From the NCBI GenBank assembly GCA_035499005.1, contig DATJZQ010000075.1, positions 6,760 through 70,759 on the forward strand: a stretch of DNA of 64,000 bases. The letters run 5' to 3'. The translations under genes and the position numbers were made by a program. The notes under the pieces are model-generated. The model did no database searches. It had not been told where the DNA came from and saw only the letters and a program-made list of their open reading frames with translations. Origin of the DNA: Burkholderiales bacterium. GTDB lineage: Bacteria > Pseudomonadota > Gammaproteobacteria > Burkholderiales > SHXO01. Of the stretch, positions 58,364 through 64,000 are shown one piece after another; position 1 is the stretch's first letter; every line of letters begins with the position of its first letter.

Positions 58364-59641
58364 TTGCACGCGACCGTGGGTCCCGTTCCGATCGAATTCC
58401 TCCTGTTTGGCCTGACGCTGGCCGGCATCGCCGTGTTTCACCGGCGCACGCTGGAGGTCGCTCTGATCGGTTTGAGCGCGGTGGTCCTGTACAAGCTCAT
58501 GTTCGCCGGCTTCCGGGACGGCCCAGGCTTGATGGGCTTGGTCCACCACCTTGCGTCCGAATGGGTCCCGCTCGTCAATCTCCTCGGACTTCTCACCGGA
58601 TTTGCGCTTCTAGCCAATCATTTCTCCGAGAGCCGCGTACCGGCCGAGTTGCCGCGCTGGCTGCCGAAGGACTGGAAGGGTGGCTGGGCCCTGCTGCTCA
58701 TCGTGTTTGTCCTGTCCGCGTTCCTCGACAATATCGCCGCGGCCGTGATCGGAGGCACGATGGCGCGACCGTTGTTTCGGGACAAGCTGCACACCGGATA
58801 CATTGCCGCCATCGTGGCCGCTTCCAACGCTGGCGGCGCTGGCAGCGTGGTGGGCGACACCACCACCACCATGATGTGGATCGCCGGGGTGAGCCCGCTT
58901 GCGGTGGTGGAAGCCTATGTTGCCTCCTCGGCCGCAGTGCTGTTCTTCGGCATCCTCGCTGCAATCCAGCAGCAGCGTTACTCGCCCATCGTGAAGGAGG
59001 CGCCAGCCGGGCTGACAGTCGATTGGCTCCGGGTGGCTATCGTGGCTTTTGTCCTCGCCGCTGCGATTGGGACGAATGTCGTTGTGAGCGGGTTCTTCCC
59101 CGATCATGCCGATGGCTTGCCCTATATCGGAGCCGCGGTTTGGGTCGCATTGCTGGCGGGCTGCGCATTGCGCCGTCCGGATTTCTCCCTCGTCCCCGCG
59201 GCCACCCGCAGCAGCGTGTTCCTGCTCGCCCTGGTCCTGAGCGCGTCGCTCATGCCGGTCGAACAACTGCCCGAACCCAGTTGGCGCTCAGCGCTCGGGC
59301 TGGGGTTTGTGTCCGCGGTATTCGATAACATCCCGCTCACCGCCCTGGCCCTCGAACAGGGCGGCTACGACTGGGGGATCCTGGCTTTCAGCGTGGGTTT
59401 CGGTGGATCGATGATCTGGTTCGGCTCGTCGGCCGGGGTGGCGCTGAGCAACTTGTTCCCGGAGTCCCGGTCGGTCGTGCGGTGGCTGGGAGCGGGATGG
59501 CACGTCGTGGTCGCCTACCTGCTGGGTTTTGCCGCGGTCATGCTGATCACGGGCTGGAATCCTACCCCCGAGCGTTCTCTCCGCGGGCACGCCCAGGTCC
59601 ATCAGTCCATTCCATTCGACGCTGGCTGGGATAGGCAGTAA
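58364..59641 (+). CDS. Ion-transporter superfamily permease (NhaD / CitMHS / ArsB-like)
   Basis: 425 aa with a non-ATG start. It is highly hydrophobic, with about 11-12 transmembrane segments. LDNIAAAVIGG and FDNIPLTALAL form a duplicated motif consistent with this superfamily. The substrate is unknown. Confidence 0.65.
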   Translation: MHATVGPVPIEFLLFGLTLAGIAVFHRRTLEVALIGLSAVVLYKLMFAGFRDGPGLMGLVHHLASEWVPLVNLLGLLTGFALLANHFSESRVPAELPRWLPKDWKGGWALLLIVFVLSAFLDNIAAAVIGGTMARPLFRDKLHTGYIAAIVAASNAGGAGSVVGDTTTTMMWIAGVSPLAVVEAYVASSAAVLFFGILAAIQQQRYSPIVKEAPAGLTVDWLRVAIVAFVLAAAIGTNVVVSGFFPDHADGLPYIGAAVWVALLAGCALRRPDFSLVPAATRSSVFLLALVLSASLMPVEQLPEPSWRSALGLGFVSAVFDNIPLTALALEQGGYDWGILAFSVGFGGSMIWFGSSAGVALSNLFPESRSVVRWLGAGWHVVVAYLLGFAAVMLITGWNPTPERSLRGHAQVHQSIPFDAGWDRQ

Positions 59642-59954
59642 CGCCGCGCGAGCGACGCAGCCAAGATCAAACCCCTTGAACCAACAGGGATTACCCTTGT
59701 GGTTCACGGTACCCTTCGCCGGCACCCGCTGGATCGGCCGAGCCTCGCCCGGCGCTTGCGGATCGATTCCGCTTCAAGGTACTCTCCGTCTCTTGCGACG
59801 GTGGGGGAGGGTCGCGAGTTCTGTCGGCGCGACTGCGGCCTGAATCGGGGGCGTGTGGCCCCGGTGTCCATGGCCCAGAGGCCGCGCCCAGCCATGCCCG
59901 GAGGCAAGCCAAGCTCCCTCGCTGTCACGCCGACTCGAACCTGGAGAGATCTGG

Positions 59955-60938
59955 ATGAAGAAGAAGGTACTCGTCACGCGGGCGGTTTTCGACGAGACCC
60001 TGGCCTATCTGGCGCAGCATTTCGACATCACATCGAACCAGGCTGACGCGCAGCTTTCCCCTGAGCAGTTGGCGGCCAAGCTCCAAGGGATGGATGGAGC
60101 CGTGATCACTACGACCGAGCGCGTCGACGAGGTGCTCCTGGCGCGTTGCCCAAGTCTAAGAGCGGCGTGCAGCGTGAGCGTCGGGTACAACCACATCGAC
60201 CTCGAGGCGTGCACGCGGCATGGTGTGATGGCGACCAACACCCCCGGGGTGCTGACAGATAGCGTCGCAGACTACGCGGTGTGCTTGACGCTCGCTACGT
60301 GCCGCCGTCTGACCGAGAGCGAGGCCTTTCTGCGCACCGGCGGCTGGCAGGGGACTCACCTCAAAGAGCTTCTCGGTGCCGATCTGCACCACGCCACGGT
60401 CGGGATCTGCGGCTTCGGCCGCATCGGCCAGGTGATCGCCCGGCGTCTGCGGGGTTTTGACCCGACCATTTTGTATTGCGACCAGGTTCGTGCTCCCGGC
60501 GGGGTCGAGCGCGAGGTGAACGCGGTGCTCGTAGAGAAGGACGAGCTGCTGCGCCGCGCCGATATCGTCATCCTGATCTTGCCGTATACGCAGCAGACCC
60601 ATCATTTCATCGGCGCGCGCGAGTTGAGCCTGATGAAGCCGAAGGCCGTGCTGATCAACGTCGCCAGAGGCGGGATCGTGGACGACGTGGCGCTGGTCGA
60701 AGCGTTGAGTGCGAGGCGCATCTGGGCAGCCGGCCTGGACGTCTACGAGAACGAGCCGCGGCTCAACCCCGGTCTTTTGAAACTCACGAATGTGGTGCTG
60801 TCGCCGCACATCGCGAGCGCGTCGGAGCCCACTCGGCAGGCCATGGCGATGACCGCGGCGCGCAACTGCGTCGCGGCGTTGACCGGGGGCGACCCCCCCG
60901 ACCTGCTGAATCGCGAGGTGTTGAGACAAAACGCGTGA
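59955..60938 (+). CDS. D-isomer-specific 2-hydroxyacid dehydrogenase (glyoxylate/hydroxypyruvate reductase-like)
   Basis: 327 aa from ATG 59955, inside track ORF 59853-60938. The NAD motif GICGFGRIGQVIARR, then NVARGGIVDD and SPHIASAS, are present. Confidence 0.85.
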   Translation: MKKKVLVTRAVFDETLAYLAQHFDITSNQADAQLSPEQLAAKLQGMDGAVITTTERVDEVLLARCPSLRAACSVSVGYNHIDLEACTRHGVMATNTPGVLTDSVADYAVCLTLATCRRLTESEAFLRTGGWQGTHLKELLGADLHHATVGICGFGRIGQVIARRLRGFDPTILYCDQVRAPGGVEREVNAVLVEKDELLRRADIVILILPYTQQTHHFIGARELSLMKPKAVLINVARGGIVDDVALVEALSARRIWAAGLDVYENEPRLNPGLLKLTNVVLSPHIASASEPTRQAMAMTAARNCVAALTGGDPPDLLNREVLRQNA

Positions 60939-60989
60939 CTTCCGCGGCGCGGTCGTGGGGTCGTGCTTTCGATCTGAGCTAAAACAAGA

Positions 60990-62321
60990 ATGCATGAGCT
61001 ATACAGCCTGGGCCTGATCGAGGCGGTTCGCAGGCTATCCTCCGGTGAGATGACCAGCGAAGCCTATACACGCAGCTTGCTCGCGCGCGTCGACCAGCTC
61101 GAGCCGCGCGTGCAGGCCTGGCAGTCACTCAACAAAGAACGCGCTCTCGAGTCGGCCCGCGAGGCCGACAGGCGCATCCTCGCTGGCCGTACCCCGGGCG
61201 CGCTGCAGGGCGTGCCGGTAGGCGTAAAGGACATCATCGATGTGCGCGGCATGGTGACCTCGATGGGGTCGGCGGTCTACGAGCGCTATGTCCCGGAAAT
61301 GAACGCCGAGGTCGTCGACCGCCTGCACGCGGCGGGCGCGTTCGTCCTTGGGAAGACGGTGACCACCGAATTCGCATTCCTCGTGCCGAACAAGACTCGC
61401 AATCCATGGAATCCTGCACACACGCCGGGCGGTTCGTCTAGCGGCTCGGCGGCCGCGGTCGCGGCCGGTTTCGTGCCGACCGCCATCGGCACGCAAACCA
61501 ACGGCTCCGTTATCCGGCCCGCAGCGTTCTGCGGCGTAGTGGGATACAAGCCCGGGAAGGGCGTGCTGTCCACCGACGGCATTCTGCCGTTCAGCACCAG
61601 TCTGGATCAGCCGGGCGTGTTCGCGCGCAGCGTCGAAGACGTGGCCCTGCTGGTAGCGCACCTGGCGCATTCGCGCTGGACCATCAGCCCGCAGATCAGC
61701 GCCCTCAAGCATGCGCCTCGCGTGGTGGCCGTGCGCACGCCGGTGTGGCACCTGGCCGAACCAGATCAGCGCAGCCGCTTCGCGAGCGACATCGCCGTGC
61801 TGCGCGAGGCCGCCGCGATCGTCGACGAGCTCGATCTGCCGCCGGGTTTCAACGAAGCGCATCGCGTGCATCGCATCATCATGCTGCATGAGGCGGCTGC
61901 GGCGGCGCGACGCGTGCGCGCCCACCATCGCGACAAGATTCACGCTGTCATAAACCAGGCGCTGGACGAGGGCGAGCGCATTTCCGTCGCGGAATACGAG
62001 CGCGCCGTGCGCAAACGCGAAGCGCTGCAGCGGGACTTCTCGCGCTTTCTGGACGATTATGATGCCGTGGTCACCCCGCCAGCCGCGGGCGAGGCCCCGG
62101 GCTCGCTCGAGAGCACCGGTGATCCCAGCTTTTGCACCATCTGGACACTGCTCGGCGTTCCCGCCATCACCATCCCGACCGGGCTCGGCGCCCGCGGTCT
62201 GCCGCTCGGCTTGCAGATCGTCGGCAACCAGGGCGAATCCAACCATCTGCTCGCCACGACCATGTGGTGCGAGCGGCAGCTGCCGTTCCGCAACCTTCTT
62301 GCACGCGAAAGAAGCGCCTGA
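60990..62321 (+). CDS. Amidase (amidase-signature family)
   Basis: 443 aa. The AS signature GGSSSGSAAAVAAGFVPTAIGTQTNGSVIRPAAFCG is present. Confidence 0.88.
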   Translation: MHELYSLGLIEAVRRLSSGEMTSEAYTRSLLARVDQLEPRVQAWQSLNKERALESAREADRRILAGRTPGALQGVPVGVKDIIDVRGMVTSMGSAVYERYVPEMNAEVVDRLHAAGAFVLGKTVTTEFAFLVPNKTRNPWNPAHTPGGSSSGSAAAVAAGFVPTAIGTQTNGSVIRPAAFCGVVGYKPGKGVLSTDGILPFSTSLDQPGVFARSVEDVALLVAHLAHSRWTISPQISALKHAPRVVAVRTPVWHLAEPDQRSRFASDIAVLREAAAIVDELDLPPGFNEAHRVHRIIMLHEAAAAARRVRAHHRDKIHAVINQALDEGERISVAEYERAVRKREALQRDFSRFLDDYDAVVTPPAAGEAPGSLESTGDPSFCTIWTLLGVPAITIPTGLGARGLPLGLQIVGNQGESNHLLATTMWCERQLPFRNLLARERSA

Positions 62322-62600
62322 GCCTCGTCCGCATGTAAGGTGCGGCGCATCCGTCGTGGTTGTCTGAGTCGATGGCGAGTCTCGGATCGATGCCGCTGGC
62401 GCAGCCGTCGCGGCACAGGCCTTCAATGCACTGTTTGCGCGTTCCGATGTGTGCTGGGACTCCGCTGCTCTGGTCAAGATCGCAGAGGAGGCCTCTGGTT
62501 TCCCGCGCGCGATTCGGGAGCTGGAACTCGCTGGGATGAGCGGGCTCCAACCGCTAGAGTCCGTGCTCGCGCAGTTGCTGCCCATCCCAATGGGTTCGCC

Positions 62601-64000
62601 TTGTCCTCGGTTCCTGCCACGCACCCATCGCTCGACGCGTTCAACGCGCTCGAAGCTCGGCTTTCGGGCTGCCTGATCCAGCAGCGCTATCGGCTGCGCA
62701 GCGCCTTGCGGCAGGCGCGCGACGACGCACGCCGCGGCCGGCTGAGCGCGGATGCGCTCCGTGCGCTCGACGATGCGGTGGCGCGCTCCGAGCAGGCGCT
62801 CTCGGCACGGTTAGCGGGGTTGCCGGCGGTGAGCTATCCAGAAGAGCTGCCCGTCTCGGCCCGAAGGGACGAGATCGCCGCGGCGATCGCGGGCACCCAG
62901 GTGGTGGTCGTGTGCGGTGAAACAGGCTCCGGCAAGACCACTCAGCTCCCCAAGGTGTGCCTCGAGCTCAAGCGCGGCGCAGCCGGCATGATCGCCCATA
63001 CGCAGCCGCGGCGCATCGCTGCGCGCAGCGTAGCCGCGCGCATAGCCGATGAGCTGCGCGGCCCTCTGGGCGAGAAGGTCGGTTATCGGGTGCGCTTCAG
63101 CGACCGGGTGAGCGAGCACAACTACATCCGTGTGATGACCGATGGCATCCTGCTCGCGGAGACGCAAACCGACCGTTTTCTCAACGCCTACGACACCATC
63201 ATCCTAGACGAGGCGCACGAACGCAGCCTCAACATCGATTTTTTGCTGGGCTACGTGAAGCGACTGCTGCCCAAGCGCCCGGAGCTGAAGCTCATCATCA
63301 CCTCGGCCACCATCGACGCCCAGCGTTTCTCGCGTCATTTCGACGACGCTCCGGTCATCGAGGTGTCGGGTCGTTTGTACCCGGTCGAGGTGCGTCACCG
63401 CCCGATCCAGCAGGACGAAGACAGCAGCGAGGCGGCGCCTCTCGCGGAGGCCGTGGCGGACGCGGTCGACGAGGTGTCTCGGCTCTCGGCCAACGGTGAT
63501 GTCCTGGTGTTCCTGCCCGGAGAGCGCGAAATTCGAGAGTGCGCCGAGGAGCTGCGCAAACACCATCCTCCACACACCGAGATCCTGCCGTTGTTCGCGC
63601 GGCTTTCGGCACAGGAGCAGGAGCGGGTGTTCCAGCGCTCGACCGGACGGCGCATCGTGCTCGCCACGAATGTCGCCGAGACTTCCCTCACCGTGCCTGG
63701 CATAAAGTATGTGATCGACTCCGGCCTCGCTCGGGTCAATCGCTACAGCTACCGCAACAAGGTGGAGATGCTGCAGGTCGAGCCGGTGTCGCGCGCCTCC
63801 GCCGATCAGCGGGCCGGCCGCTGTGGACGCTTGATGAGTGGGGTGTGCGTGCGCCTGTATTCCGAGGAAGACTATCTCACGCGTCCGGAGTTCACTGACC
63901 CGGAGATTCTGCGCTCGTCGCTGGCTTCCGTGATCCTGCGCATGAAGGCGCTGCGCCTGGGTGAAGTGGAGGATTTTCCATTCATCGAGGCGCCCGCCTC
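62601..64000 (+). CDS. hrpA: ATP-dependent RNA helicase HrpA, N-terminal part (runs off the window; start uncertain)
   Basis: This frame is not in the ORF track because no stop is reached. It encodes GETGSGKTTQLPK (62920-62958), DEAHERSLNIDFLLG, TSATID, LPGEREI and QRAGRCGR (DEAH-box motifs). TTG 62601 gives an N-terminal length matching my recollection of E. coli HrpA. No ATG is available in this frame. Confidence 0.85.
   Translation, partial: MSSVPATHPSLDAFNALEARLSGCLIQQRYRLRSALRQARDDARRGRLSADALRALDDAVARSEQALSARLAGLPAVSYPEELPVSARRDEIAAAIAGTQVVVVCGETGSGKTTQLPKVCLELKRGAAGMIAHTQPRRIAARSVAARIADELRGPLGEKVGYRVRFSDRVSEHNYIRVMTDGILLAETQTDRFLNAYDTIILDEAHERSLNIDFLLGYVKRLLPKRPELKLIITSATIDAQRFSRHFDDAPVIEVSGRLYPVEVRHRPIQQDEDSSEAAPLAEAVADAVDEVSRLSANGDVLVFLPGEREIRECAEELRKHHPPHTEILPLFARLSAQEQERVFQRSTGRRIVLATNVAETSLTVPGIKYVIDSGLARVNRYSYRNKVEMLQVEPVSRASADQRAGRCGRLMSGVCVRLYSEEDYLTRPEFTDPEILRSSLASVILRMKALRLGEVEDFPFIEAPA

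Noticed and set aside
59806-59835. GGGTCGCGAGTTC segment that looks slightly like a tRNA T-arm.
   Set aside because: No acceptor stem, anticodon arm or D-arm can be built around it. It forms only a simple 6-bp hairpin.
62416-62660. AFNALFAR (alternate frame, about 62418) and AFNALEAR (hrpA frame, about 62637), considered as evidence of a duplicated hrpA 5' end.
   Set aside because: The underlying nucleotide sequences differ at most positions (ttcaatgcactg versus ttcaacgcgctc and beyond). The short peptide similarity is most likely coincidence.

Overview
High-GC (roughly 60-65% by eye) proteobacterial chromosome segment. The fmdB-DUF502-aspS-nudB-EEP gene order suggests a betaproteobacterium, but that is inference only. 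No similarity search was possible, so all calls rest on motifs read from the supplied translations and on the DNA itself.

Positions 1-24601 are the classical translation/transcription supercluster, all on the + strand: rpoB (3' part), rpoC, the str operon (rpsL-rpsG-fusA-tuf), the S10 operon (rpsJ to rpsQ), the spc operon (rplN to secY, then infA and rpmJ) and the alpha operon (rpsM-rpsK-rpsD-rpoA-rplQ). Next come convergent uvrA, divergent ssb, an MDR-family dehydrogenase, a fused indolepyruvate:ferredoxin oxidoreductase-family protein, a glycerophosphodiesterase, an FmdB zinc-ribbon protein, a DUF502 protein, aspS, nudB and an EEP-family phosphoesterase.

The one clearly accessory block is a three-gene type I secretion locus at 37924-44782: an HlyB-like ABC exporter with an N-terminal C39-like domain, an 899-aa RTX-type cargo protein, and an HlyD adaptor. 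The cargo has an N-terminal domain I do not recognise and a 102-bp x3 tandem repeat encoding a Pro/Ser/Asp linker. A 546-bp non-coding region sits upstream of the cargo gene. No TolC, acyltransferase or mobility gene is present.

Downstream are:
- a small membrane-anchored hypothetical protein
- an Atm1-type ABC exporter plus a di-iron ferritin-like protein
- a TctE/TctD-like two-component pair
- pbpG and lutABC
- an ion-homeostasis cluster (cation:proton antiporter, ybdK, MscS-family channel, NhaD/CitMHS-like permease)
- a 2-hydroxyacid dehydrogenase and an amidase
- the 5' part of hrpA

I saw no rRNA, tRNA, CRISPR array, transposase or integrase. Other points worth a second look are a roughly 92-aa Ala/Lys-rich C-terminal extension on ribosomal protein L15, and a canonical +-strand intrinsic terminator with no upstream +-strand gene next to the response-regulator start. 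Many long ORFs in the track are antisense or out-of-frame high-GC artefacts and were rejected.
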